A DNA stretch of 64,000 bases from Polyangiales bacterium (GTDB taxonomy: Bacteria > Myxococcota_A > Polyangia > Polyangiales > Polyangiaceae). Below the pieces are notes generated by a model. It ran no database searches. It saw only the letters and a list, made by a program, of their open reading frames with translations, and was not told the origin of the DNA. Where the stretch lies: the NCBI GenBank assembly GCA_038230375.1, contig JBBRNJ010000040.1, forward strand, positions 1 through 64,000. The letters run 5' to 3'. Positions 8,255 to 17,445 of the stretch are shown in pieces. How positions within the stretch are numbered: the first letter of the stretch is position 1; every line of letters begins with the position of its first letter. The translations under genes and the position numbers were made by a program.

Positions 8255-10935
8255 CGGCTCACGTACGAGGCGATGCGCGCCTCGATCGTCTTCAGTGCGT
8301 CGGGGGTAGCGTAGCTCTCCGTCAACGTGAGCTTCCCGTGCACGCGCGTGAGGTAGCCCTGGTCCACGAAGGCGGCGTATGCGTTGGTGAAGAGCGGGCG
8401 GCTCACGGCCTCGCGCCGCGCGATTTCATCTGCATGATACATGCGTTCGCCGAGAGGCAGCGCGCGCTTCTCCAGCTCCTTCTCCGTGAGCTCCGTCTTG
8501 CTGAGCAGCCCCAGGCTGCGCGCCGCGACGCGATAGCCCTCGACGAAATTGAGGAGCACCGCCGCATAGAGCCGCAGGTGCTCGTCGCGCGGTCCCATGC
8601 GCACACGCGTGCCGAGGAGGCCTGGAGGAGCGTGCGACGACGTGTCTCCGTGCGAAGCTGCACGGAGGCCTGGAGGAGCGTCGTCGAAGACGGCGATCTC
8701 GCCGCCGCGCGAGAGGTCCTGCAGGGTATCGTCGAAGATCTTCTCGAAGCTCGCGTCCGCGCGGAAGCTGAACTCGTACTTGAAGAGGCGTGAGAGGTAG
8801 AGCACGCGCTCCCGCAACGTGGCGAGCGGCATGGCCACGCCGTCGTACGCCGGTGCGAGCGCGCTGGCGAAGAGGCCGCGCGCCAGGAAGAAGTGCACGA
8901 TGAGGTTCTTCGAGAGATCGAGCGCGATGCGCGACTCGGCCGCCACCGTGTAGATCGCGTCCTCGCCCGCGCGCCCGCGGGTGCCTCTGGGGCGGAGCGC
9001 GACGGGCTCTCCTGGGTTGTGCGCCTCGAGACGACGTGCCTTCACCAGGATCTCGCACGTGTCCATGATCGCGGCCTGACGAACGCCGCCCGGCTCGCCC
9101 GGGGAAGAGAGCGCGGGCGCGAACCTTGCGCCGAGCTCCCGCAGGACCTCCGCGAACATCACGACGCGATCGCAGAGGTCCGCGTGAGAGATGCCGCGAT
9201 GCTCGTGCGTGAGCACGGCGGTCGCCACGAGCGCGCCCGGCGTGACGGCCGTCACCCGATTGATCTCGTTCATCACGCGATGCGCGAGGCGCGTCACCAC
9301 GGCCCTTCGCTTGGCAGGCGGAAGCTCGGCCACGGCGCCCTGCGGCAGCCCCATCTCGCGCATCATGGCCGCGAGCGTGACGGGCTCACCGAACTGGATG
9401 TTGAGACGCCCGTAGCGCTTGAGCGCCACCTCCAGCGTGCCTGCGAGGCTCTTCACGTCCTCCTTCTGCTTCTCGCCGCCGGAGAGCTCGCGCACGTACG
9501 CGTCCTCCTCGACCAGGCGCTCGTAGCCGATCGAGATCGGGCAGAAGTGCACCTTCTCCTCCATGCCCGACGCGGCATCCACCACCATGCCCAGAAGCCC
9601 GAGCTTCGGCGAGAGGAGCTTGCCGGTGCGCGAGCGCCCGCCCTCCAGGAAGAACTCGATCGGGAAGCCGTCCTTGATGATGCGGCGCACGTACGCGTCC
9701 ACGACGGCGCCATAGAGCCTGTCGCCGCGGAAGCTACGACGGATGAAGAACGCCCCCGCGCGACGCAGCACGGGGCCGAGCGGGAAGAAGGAGAGGTTGT
9801 CGCCTGCGGCGATGAGCGGAGGAGGCAGCTTGGACGTGAAGAAGACCCACGTCAGAATGATGTAGTCTACATGCGATTTGTGGCTGGGAAGAAGCACCAG
9901 CGTGCCGTCGCGCAGGAGCTTCCGCAGGTGATCGAGCCCTGCGTGATCGATCTCGAACGCGGAGTACATCCGCCTCACGCTGTTGTCGAACGCGAGCTCC
10001 ATCACCTTCAGGGCGTTGATGTCCTGCGTGGCCTCCAGCTTGCGCAGCATCTCCTCCGCGCGGGCCCCCATGGCGCGTTGTTCGTGCTCGCCGTCGCCGG
10101 CCATGTCGGTCACCACCTTGCGCAGCTTGGGACTGCGGAGGACCTCCTCACGCAGGCGGTCGTCCCCCTTCTTGATGGGCCCGAGCACGGCGTGCCGCTC
10201 GCGCTCGAGACGGCGCAGCAGCGTGTATGTGAGGCGGCGCACGAGTGCGTCGTCCGTGAGCTCGCTCTCGTGCTCGATCAGCTTGCCCACGTCTATGGGC
10301 TCGCCCGCGCGGAGCGTGACGTGGCGGTAGTTCATCAGGAACTGGGCGATCGTGCGGAGCTTGCCCGGCCACTCGCGCGGGCCGAACAGCATGTCCACCG
10401 CGTCGCTCTTGGCCAGGTCCGGGTGACGCGACCACACGAACACCTGCGGCACGATCAGGATCGGGTGCTCCGGCTTCTTCCGCTGCGCGCGGATGACGGT
10501 TGCCAGGAGCTTGTCGCCTTCGCTCTGCGCGCGTCGTCCCTCGAATGGTGCGGGCGGCCGCTTCAGGAACAGCGCCGCGGAGCCGTGGGCGTCCAGCGTC
10601 TTCTCCAGGTCCTGCGCCTGGTCCGTGTCGCTCTTCTTCGTGAACGCGTTGCGCAGGCCGCCACCCATGGGCTCCAGCACGGACAGGCCAAGGTCATTGG
10701 CGAAGCGGATCTCGGGCAGATGCAGGCGCTTCGTGAGGTAGTCGAGCGCGAAGAAGTCGACGAAGGAGAGGTTGCGTAGCGCGTAGACCACGGTGCCGCG
10801 CTGGTCCGCGTCGCGCACGCTCTCGGCCCAGCTCTCGTCGATCTCGATGTTCGAAAAGAACCGATGGTAGAGCCACGCGACGGCGGCGTTCGGCTGGTAG
10901 CGACCCGCGCCGCTCCGCTCCTTGCGGTTCGTCAT
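8251..10935 (-). CDS. plsB: Glycerol-3-phosphate O-acyltransferase
   Basis: PSHKSHVDY (HX4D), AAGDNLSF, GAFFIRRSF, FFLEGGRSRTGKLL; 894 aa. Confidence 0.9.
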   Translation of the reverse strand: MTNRKERSGAGRYQPNAAVAWLYHRFFSNIEIDESWAESVRDADQRGTVVYALRNLSFVDFFALDYLTKRLHLPEIRFANDLGLSVLEPMGGGLRNAFTKKSDTDQAQDLEKTLDAHGSAALFLKRPPAPFEGRRAQSEGDKLLATVIRAQRKKPEHPILIVPQVFVWSRHPDLAKSDAVDMLFGPREWPGKLRTIAQFLMNYRHVTLRAGEPIDVGKLIEHESELTDDALVRRLTYTLLRRLERERHAVLGPIKKGDDRLREEVLRSPKLRKVVTDMAGDGEHEQRAMGARAEEMLRKLEATQDINALKVMELAFDNSVRRMYSAFEIDHAGLDHLRKLLRDGTLVLLPSHKSHVDYIILTWVFFTSKLPPPLIAAGDNLSFFPLGPVLRRAGAFFIRRSFRGDRLYGAVVDAYVRRIIKDGFPIEFFLEGGRSRTGKLLSPKLGLLGMVVDAASGMEEKVHFCPISIGYERLVEEDAYVRELSGGEKQKEDVKSLAGTLEVALKRYGRLNIQFGEPVTLAAMMREMGLPQGAVAELPPAKRRAVVTRLAHRVMNEINRVTAVTPGALVATAVLTHEHRGISHADLCDRVVMFAEVLRELGARFAPALSSPGEPGGVRQAAIMDTCEILVKARRLEAHNPGEPVALRPRGTRGRAGEDAIYTVAAESRIALDLSKNLIVHFFLARGLFASALAPAYDGVAMPLATLRERVLYLSRLFKYEFSFRADASFEKIFDDTLQDLSRGGEIAVFDDAPPGLRAASHGDTSSHAPPGLLGTRVRMGPRDEHLRLYAAVLLNFVEGYRVAARSLGLLSKTELTEKELEKRALPLGERMYHADEIARREAVSRPLFTNAYAAFVDQGYLTRVHGKLTLTESYATPDALKTIEARIASYVSR
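8616..8681. repeat. 18-bp direct repeat flanking a hairpin inside plsB
   Basis: GGAGGCCTGGAGGAGCGT at 8616-8633 and 8664-8681 (48 bp apart); CTCCGTGC-GAAGCT-GCACGGAG at 8646-8667. Confidence 0.85.
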
Positions 10936-11525
10936 GAGGGCGCGCTCCGGAAGGCGCGGGCCACAAGGGCGGCGAAGCGGGCGCGGGTGCGTGCGCTCAT
11001 CCCGCGATCACGCGGCGGCTCGCCGGCGACGAAGACGCGTATCTGACCGCACGCCAGCGACACGAGCACACGTGCGTCTGGTGTCGCGCCTTTCGCGCTC
11101 GCGGGGCCGCGTGTGACGTCCAGCCCGAACTCCGGATACATGCAGGATGCACCTTGATCGCCGGCCTCGTCTCCCGTCTCCTCACGCGCCCAGCCGATGA
11201 GCTCGCGTGCAAGGCTCTCGCTCGTCTTGCGCGACTCGATCTCGTGGAAGCCCATGAACGTGGCCGTGGTCGCCTCCCAGTGGGGCAGGGGAGTGCCGCC
11301 GGTCAGGAGGCCGGGAGGCACGAGGTCCGCAGTGAGCCCGGACGCGCCATCACCTAGCCAGCGCTCGATCGGCTGGGGCAGGGGCTCGGTCGCCTTGCGC
11401 TCGAACGGAGCCAGGCGCGCGACACGCACCACCACCGGCCCCTCCTCGTCGAACGGCGACCGCGCCCGGCAGCCGCCGATCACGACACCGAGGCAGAGCA
11501 CGGCAGCTGCGCGAACCAAAACCAT
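10932..11525 (-). CDS. Hypothetical lipoprotein
   Basis: MVLVRAAAVLCLGVVIGGC lipobox; stop overlaps plsB start (ATGA). Confidence 0.65.
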   Translation of the reverse strand: MVLVRAAAVLCLGVVIGGCRARSPFDEEGPVVVRVARLAPFERKATEPLPQPIERWLGDGASGLTADLVPPGLLTGGTPLPHWEATTATFMGFHEIESRKTSESLARELIGWAREETGDEAGDQGASCMYPEFGLDVTRGPASAKGATPDARVLVSLACGQIRVFVAGEPPRDRGMSARTRARFAALVARAFRSAPS

Positions 11526-11576
11526 CTCGCGCGCGCACCATATCGCGCGGCTGAGAGGTCGACTAGGCTCCGAACC

Positions 11577-12023
11577 ATGATCCGCATCAAGAAGATCGAT
11601 CACGTCGCCGTGTGCGTCGCCGACATCGACGCGTCGCTCGCGAAGTACAAAGACGTGTTCGGGCTCGTGGCGAAGGAGCGCGAGGTCGTCGCATCGCAGA
11701 AGACGGAGGCCGTGCTGCTTCCCATCGGCGACAGCAACATCGAGCTCATCTCGCCGCGCGGAAACGAGGGGCTCATGAAGTTCCTGGAGAAGCGGGGCCC
11801 GGGCATCCACCACATCGCCGTGGAGGTCGAAGGCATCGAGGACGCGCTCGCGTTCCTGAAGGGCCTGGGGGTGCCGCTCATCGACGAAGCACCGAGAAAA
11901 GGCGCGCGCGGTCACAAGGTTGCCTTCGTTCACCCCAGGGCGACGGGCGGCGTGCTGGTCGAGCTTGTAGAGCCTGACACGGAGCCTGACGCGGAGCCCG
12001 GCACACAGCATGAGATGGCGTGA
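11577..12023 (+). CDS. mce: Methylmalonyl-CoA epimerase (VOC family)
   Basis: IDHVAVCV, NIELISP, KFLEKRGPGIHHIAVEV, FVHPRATGGVLVELVE. Confidence 0.92.
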   Translation: MIRIKKIDHVAVCVADIDASLAKYKDVFGLVAKEREVVASQKTEAVLLPIGDSNIELISPRGNEGLMKFLEKRGPGIHHIAVEVEGIEDALAFLKGLGVPLIDEAPRKGARGHKVAFVHPRATGGVLVELVEPDTEPDAEPGTQHEMA

Positions 12024-12107
12024 GGAGCGCGCGTGGGGCCCGCTCCACGTCATGCCGCGCGAACTTGTCACCGAAGTCACACGTAAATCTATGGCTCTTG
12101 CCAGCAT

Positions 12108-13319
12108 ATGGGTGTAGTTTCGTCCGGGATTTCGGAGGCACTCTTGAAGACTCGTTCTCGATCCATCGTCGCGTCAGTGCTCGTCACTGCAATGACGTTG
12201 AGCACTGTCGGTGTGATGCCAGGCACCACGCGCGTAGCATCCGCGGAGGACAAGAAGCCCACGCCTGTCACGGCAGCGGCAGCGACCCCCGCCAAGCCCG
12301 CCACACCCAAAGCACCTGCAGCGCCAAAGTCCCCCGCGACCAGCGCAGCGGCGAGCACCACGCCCGACGCGAAGGCCCTCACGGCGTCTGGCGAGAAGAA
12401 GCTCAAGGCCAACGACTACACCGGCGCGCTCGCTGATTTCCAGGCGGCCTCCGCGGTGAAGGACGCGCCGGAGCTTCAGCTCTGGATCGGCCAGGCACAG
12501 GACAACCTGGGGCACCCGCAAGACGCCGTCGCGGCGTACGAGAAGTTCCTGGCCGCCGTCCCCAAGAAGATGGAGAAGGAGGGCGCGGACACCAAGCTTC
12601 GCGTCGACGCCATCAAGGCGCTCCCCGCGCACGTGAAGGTGATCTCCACTGGCGCTTTGCCCAACGGCACTCCCCCGACCGCCACGATCTCCGTGGATGG
12701 CTCTGCCACGATGCTGCCCGTACCCGCGGAGCTCGATCTGCCGGCTGGTCATCACAAGATCTCCGCCCGCGCCGAGGGCTTCGATCCCGCGGAACGCGAG
12801 TTCGACGTGAGCTACGGGGCCAAGGAAGAGATCGCGCTCGAGCTGAAGGCAACTCCTCCTCCGCCTCCTCCCCCCGTCGTGGCGGTCGAGCCTCCGCCGC
12901 CACCTCCGCCTCCTCCGCCGCCGCCTCCTCCTCCCCCGGAGCGCAGCAAGATCCCCGCGTACGTCACCGGCGGCATCGCGATCCTCGCGGCCGGTGTCGG
13001 TACCGGCTTCGGCATCGCGGCGCTCGGCAGCCAGAGCGACTTCAACAAGACGCCCACCACGAAGAAGGCGGACGACGGCGAGAACCAGGCGCTGATCGCG
13101 GACATGTGCTTCGGCATCGCGATCACGTTCGGCGTGACCAGCGCGGTGCTGTTCCTCTCCGACAACGGCTCGAAGGCCGCGACCAACGATCCCACCAAGG
13201 CCGCGCCCAAGGCCGCGAGCAACACCGAAAACAAGTCGACCAAGTCGAGCTTCACCATCACACCCACGCCCATCGTGAACGCCCATGGCGGCGGTGCCGG
13301 CGCGTTGATTCGGTTCTGA
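12108..13319 (+). CDS. Secreted TPR + PEGA-domain protein
   Basis: Signal peptide, TPR helices (ALADFQAA...AVAAYEKFL), PEGA (ATISVDG...LPAGHHKISARAEGF), poly-Pro linker, hydrophobic helices, terminal beta-hairpin ending in F. Confidence 0.8.
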   Translation: MGVVSSGISEALLKTRSRSIVASVLVTAMTLSTVGVMPGTTRVASAEDKKPTPVTAAAATPAKPATPKAPAAPKSPATSAAASTTPDAKALTASGEKKLKANDYTGALADFQAASAVKDAPELQLWIGQAQDNLGHPQDAVAAYEKFLAAVPKKMEKEGADTKLRVDAIKALPAHVKVISTGALPNGTPPTATISVDGSATMLPVPAELDLPAGHHKISARAEGFDPAEREFDVSYGAKEEIALELKATPPPPPPPVVAVEPPPPPPPPPPPPPPPPERSKIPAYVTGGIAILAAGVGTGFGIAALGSQSDFNKTPTTKKADDGENQALIADMCFGIAITFGVTSAVLFLSDNGSKAATNDPTKAAPKAASNTENKSTKSSFTITPTPIVNAHGGGAGALIRF

Positions 13320-13329
13320 GAGGACGACG

Positions 13330-13620
13330 ATGTCAAAGCAGCGTCTGGTATTCGTGATGATCCTTGGCGGCGCGCTTGCGGCGCTCGTGGGGTGTGAGCT
13401 GGCAGTGGACTTCGATCGCTCGAAGATCCTGGCGGACTCCACCGACGCGGGCGCGCTCGACGTGTTCGCCCCGACCGACAGCAGCAGCGACGCTGGCAAT
13501 GGGACCGACAGCGCTGACACCGACGCGGGCACGGCGGTCGACGCTTCGTTCGATGGATCCACGTTCGATGCGTCCTTCGACTCGTCCTTCGATTCGTCCT
13601 TCGACGCGAACGATCAGTAG
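13330..13620 (+). CDS. Small acidic lipoprotein
   Basis: LVGC lipobox; GAGGA RBS; repeated (A/S)SFD units. Confidence 0.75.
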   Translation: MSKQRLVFVMILGGALAALVGCELAVDFDRSKILADSTDAGALDVFAPTDSSSDAGNGTDSADTDAGTAVDASFDGSTFDASFDSSFDSSFDANDQ

Positions 13621-13670
13621 TCGGCGACCAGCACAGTAGAGGCGGCCGCGTCTCTCACGCGATGCATGAG

Positions 13671-13708
13671 GCCCGCGATGGATGTCCGTCGCGGGCTGTC
13701 GTTTTTTT
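13671..13708 (+). terminator. Rho-independent terminator
   Basis: GCCCGCGATGG-ATGT-CCGTCGCGGGC followed by T7. Confidence 0.75.
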
Positions 13709-13877
13709 CCGCCCTGGCTGCGTCCGTCTCACACCACACCGAAGAAAAGAGACGACAGTTACAGTCTTTTAACTCTGTGCCCTGCGGATTCCCATAATTT
13801 ACCCGGCGTCACGAGGGGCCATCTCCCGTGACAACGATTCTCTGCACGCCGCCACTTCACGGGCACGGGGCAAACAT

Positions 13878-16800
13878 ATGCGTTCTGCGATTATTCCGAT
13901 TCTCATTGGCATTGGCGCTCTCATGACGGGCGTCGGTTGCGAAGACGGTCCGAACCAGACCTACAACCCGTCGCCCGCGGGCGCCGCCGGAAGCTGGAAC
14001 TACCCCGACGCCGCGATCCTTGCGCCGCTCGGCAACCAGCAGTTCGACGCCGGCTACCCGACCAACAGCAAGACCTCCCTCTGCAGCACCGACCTGAAGC
14101 GTCAGCGCTGGGCGTGGATGCTCACGCAGCCGCTCAAGCCGCCGCGGCAGTATGCCGGCATCGACCTCGCGAAGAGCGATCTCTGGGAAGGCCTCAAGGT
14201 CGACGAGGCCGAGCAGCCTCCGAGCGGCGACCCCGGCCAACCCGGCGGTGGTCTGTGCAACGCAACACCGAACGGCTTCGAGGGCGGATGCCCGAGCGGC
14301 TTCGGCGGATGCAACGGCAGCTTCTGGGGCAACAACGCAGAGGTGTTCATCTCCTGGAACGTGTCAACGCACCTCATCGACCAGATGCAGATGAACCTCG
14401 GCTACACGGGCCGTCTCGAGACGATCAAGTACCCGGACAGCAACGGCGATATGCACTCGTACTCCATCGGCATCGGCGATGTGCTCCGGCGCGATGCCGG
14501 TGAGGCGTACACGGTCGACTGGAACTCTGCGGGTGGAGCGATGGACGCAGCCGCGCCGCGCATCACCAGCATGTTCAACGCCGCCATGGCGACGTTCGCC
14601 GGCCCCGCCGGCATCCCATTCGACACGGGTGCATGCTCCAAGGACACCGACTGCTCCGCCGGCTACGCGTGCCAGTGCAAACATGACGACATGGCGAACC
14701 CCGCCAACTGTACCAAGCCCGCGAAGAGCCAGTGCGGCGTCGCTGACTGCACGGTCGACGGCAACTGCCTCGAGTACAACGACGGCACGAACACCATCAT
14801 GGGGTTCCGCCCGCTCGTCGTGTACGTATTCGGCAACTCCGGCATCCCGCAGCCCGCGCTCAGCACGCCCACGTCGGTCTACAACTTCTTCTCGAAGGCG
14901 CTGCCGTACTCGAACCTCCCGCAGCAAGTGAAGCTCGACGCGGATGGTCCGATCGCGCAGGGCAAGCCCTCGGGCGCCACGGCCGGTCAGGTGTGCACCC
15001 AGCAGCTGGGCCAGACCTTCGGCGACCTCAAGAAGAACTGCGTGCAGGTCCACGGTGACGCGTCGAATCCGAAGGGGACCGACACGATCAACTTGAACAA
15101 GATCACCCACGGCCTCACCCACGACGAGGAGCACTTCACAGCGAACGTCCTTGGCGTCAACCAGAACTTCACGTCGGCGAAGGTCGCCGCGAACCCCGAC
15201 CTCGTGGTGCTCGACTCGGACGCCCCGCAGGACGCGGACATCGCGCAGGACTGGACGTTCGACAGCCGCGCCAAGGGCCACGTCCAGAACGATTACGCCG
15301 GTCCGAACGGCACGGGCGCCCTCGACGTCCGAGGCACGCGCCTCGTCTTCATCGAGTGGTCGCGCCTCATGCTCGCCGACATCGCCCGCATCATCGGAAA
15401 GCCCGTCCGCAAGCTCGGCGACCCCGCGTGCATCGGCTTCAAGGCCAACGGCAGCCCGAACTACGAGACGGTCCCCGGCGGCTCTGGCTTCGCGAAGGGC
15501 TGCTCCGGCATCGAGGGCCTGATGATCCCGTTCGTCAGCGGCGGCGGCGATTTCACCAAGGACGCGGCGGGTGACCCTGCGCTCGCGTCCAACTACGACA
15601 CGGGCAACGTCTTCTATACGAAGGCGAGCCGGCTCAAGCCCGGTGACGTCCACGGCGGCCTCTGCGTCGACCCCGACACCCAGAAGGACTGCACGTTCGA
15701 TGCGGGCCTCTCGCTCTGGTACAACGCGTACAATCACGTCATCCGCGTCCTCGGCGACGGCGACGTCACCGCGGTCCCGCCGGAGCTCCGCGACCGCCGC
15801 TACTATTACTACTGGTGGGGCGTTGCCTTCACCAAGTACCTGAAGACCTATGGCAGCTACCCCGCCGCCAAGCGTGATCAGGTGCCCGACGGCACGCTCA
15901 ACGGCGGCATCGGCCCCTCGGATGTGGCGAAGCAGGACATCGATCTCGAGTCGTTCTTCTTCGACTACGCGAACTCTGGCGGTGGCGAGACCTTCGACAA
16001 GTTCGAGTACATCGATCGTGACTTCATCGGCGTTGGCGCCGGAAGCGCGAACAACCCGGCTCCCTGGGACTTCGAGTACGGCTCGGACACCAAGGCCGGT
16101 AACCAGCGCTACGACAACTGGTTCCGCCGCATGGACCGCGAAGAGATCGCCCTCTACTCCGCCATGCTCACGGACAAGACCAAGACGCCCGGCTCGCAGA
16201 ACAACGTGAACATCACGAACCTGTTCGGCAGCGACGTCCTCCTCAGCCAGTGGGAGTCGTACGCGTGCGCCCTCGGCGCGGGCGGAGTCGACGCGATGGG
16301 CAACATGAACTGCTTCAGCTCGCCGGCCCTCGACCCGACGGGCATGGTGAGCTGCAAGGCGACCGGCACCTGCGCAGGCGGCAAGACCTGCGTCCAGGCC
16401 CCCTCTCACGAGGTCGGCCCGGTCGCAGTCTGCGGTGTGGCCTGCAACTTCGTCGCGAACCCCAACACCGGTTGCGCGCTGGCGAACCAGGCCTGCGTCT
16501 CCAACGACGGCACGGGCGCTGGCGGCGGCTGCGTGAACCTCCAGATGGACCTGAACCCGATCACCTCGAAGTTCAGCAAGCCCGTGCTGGCGTACTACGA
16601 GGGCGTATGGGGCCGGACCCCGTTCCACAAGGGCCATAGCCCCATCACGCTCAAGCAGTCCGACAAGCGTCCGAACGTCGGCGCCGCGAAGATCACCATC
16701 CCGAACTTCAAGGACGGCCCATACACGATGAGCCCCGTGCTCGCGAACAACGGCGCCTGCGACGACAAGACCTTCACGCTCAGCCCGAACAAGATCTGGT

Positions 16801-17417
16801 GCAACGCAGCGCTCAACGCCGGCAGCGGCACGCTGGCGCCGAGCTTCTACACCCTGACACCCTGGCTCGAGGTCAAGCCGGGCAACGGCTTCTCGATCCC
16901 GATCGACGGCCAGCGTCTGCAAGAGGTGACCACCGGTCAGCTCGACTTCACGGGCGTGCTCGAGACGTACATCGTCGATTACCTGCCGTACATCGATGCG
17001 GGCAAGCCAAGCTGCATCAGCGACAACAAGTGCAACCAGGGCTTCGTCTGCGATACGGCCACTGCCGATTGCGTCACGGACGACAACACCGTCTCGATCG
17101 CCGCGATCGAGGGGTCGGACTTCCTCGGCGAGGCGTTCCTCTGCGCCGACCCGGCGACCGGCGACGTGTTCCACATCCGCATGTACGACAGCGCGCTTTC
17201 GATCCTCGACTGGCTCGCCACGCACCCGGGTGACTCGTTCAACCCGAGCGCCCAGCAGGCCTGCCAGATCCTTGTCGCCCGTACGCCCTACGACAACTAC
17301 GTCGACTACGTCGTGTCGAAGCAGAACGGCGTCATCATCAACGTTGGTCTCGGCGACGGTCAGGGACGTGTCACAGACATCGTCCTCTACGACCCCACCC
17401 TGGCCCAGGCGCTCTGA
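13878..17417 (+). CDS. Large Cys-rich lipoprotein of unknown function (1179 aa)
   Basis: MTGVGC lipobox; long ORF with strong codon bias; multiple Cys clusters. Confidence 0.85.
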   Translation: MRSAIIPILIGIGALMTGVGCEDGPNQTYNPSPAGAAGSWNYPDAAILAPLGNQQFDAGYPTNSKTSLCSTDLKRQRWAWMLTQPLKPPRQYAGIDLAKSDLWEGLKVDEAEQPPSGDPGQPGGGLCNATPNGFEGGCPSGFGGCNGSFWGNNAEVFISWNVSTHLIDQMQMNLGYTGRLETIKYPDSNGDMHSYSIGIGDVLRRDAGEAYTVDWNSAGGAMDAAAPRITSMFNAAMATFAGPAGIPFDTGACSKDTDCSAGYACQCKHDDMANPANCTKPAKSQCGVADCTVDGNCLEYNDGTNTIMGFRPLVVYVFGNSGIPQPALSTPTSVYNFFSKALPYSNLPQQVKLDADGPIAQGKPSGATAGQVCTQQLGQTFGDLKKNCVQVHGDASNPKGTDTINLNKITHGLTHDEEHFTANVLGVNQNFTSAKVAANPDLVVLDSDAPQDADIAQDWTFDSRAKGHVQNDYAGPNGTGALDVRGTRLVFIEWSRLMLADIARIIGKPVRKLGDPACIGFKANGSPNYETVPGGSGFAKGCSGIEGLMIPFVSGGGDFTKDAAGDPALASNYDTGNVFYTKASRLKPGDVHGGLCVDPDTQKDCTFDAGLSLWYNAYNHVIRVLGDGDVTAVPPELRDRRYYYYWWGVAFTKYLKTYGSYPAAKRDQVPDGTLNGGIGPSDVAKQDIDLESFFFDYANSGGGETFDKFEYIDRDFIGVGAGSANNPAPWDFEYGSDTKAGNQRYDNWFRRMDREEIALYSAMLTDKTKTPGSQNNVNITNLFGSDVLLSQWESYACALGAGGVDAMGNMNCFSSPALDPTGMVSCKATGTCAGGKTCVQAPSHEVGPVAVCGVACNFVANPNTGCALANQACVSNDGTGAGGGCVNLQMDLNPITSKFSKPVLAYYEGVWGRTPFHKGHSPITLKQSDKRPNVGAAKITIPNFKDGPYTMSPVLANNGACDDKTFTLSPNKIWCNAALNAGSGTLAPSFYTLTPWLEVKPGNGFSIPIDGQRLQEVTTGQLDFTGVLETYIVDYLPYIDAGKPSCISDNKCNQGFVCDTATADCVTDDNTVSIAAIEGSDFLGEAFLCADPATGDVFHIRMYDSALSILDWLATHPGDSFNPSAQQACQILVARTPYDNYVDYVVSKQNGVIINVGLGDGQGRVTDIVLYDPTLAQAL

Positions 17418-17445
17418 GCGCGCGAATACAAAGAGAGCCAAGACC

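Noticed and set aside
12061..12086. ECF-type promoter GAAC-N17-CGTAA before the TPR-PEGA gene (and TGTCACA before the ECF gene)
   Set aside because: Short motifs with uncertain spacing; cannot be distinguished from chance without TSS data
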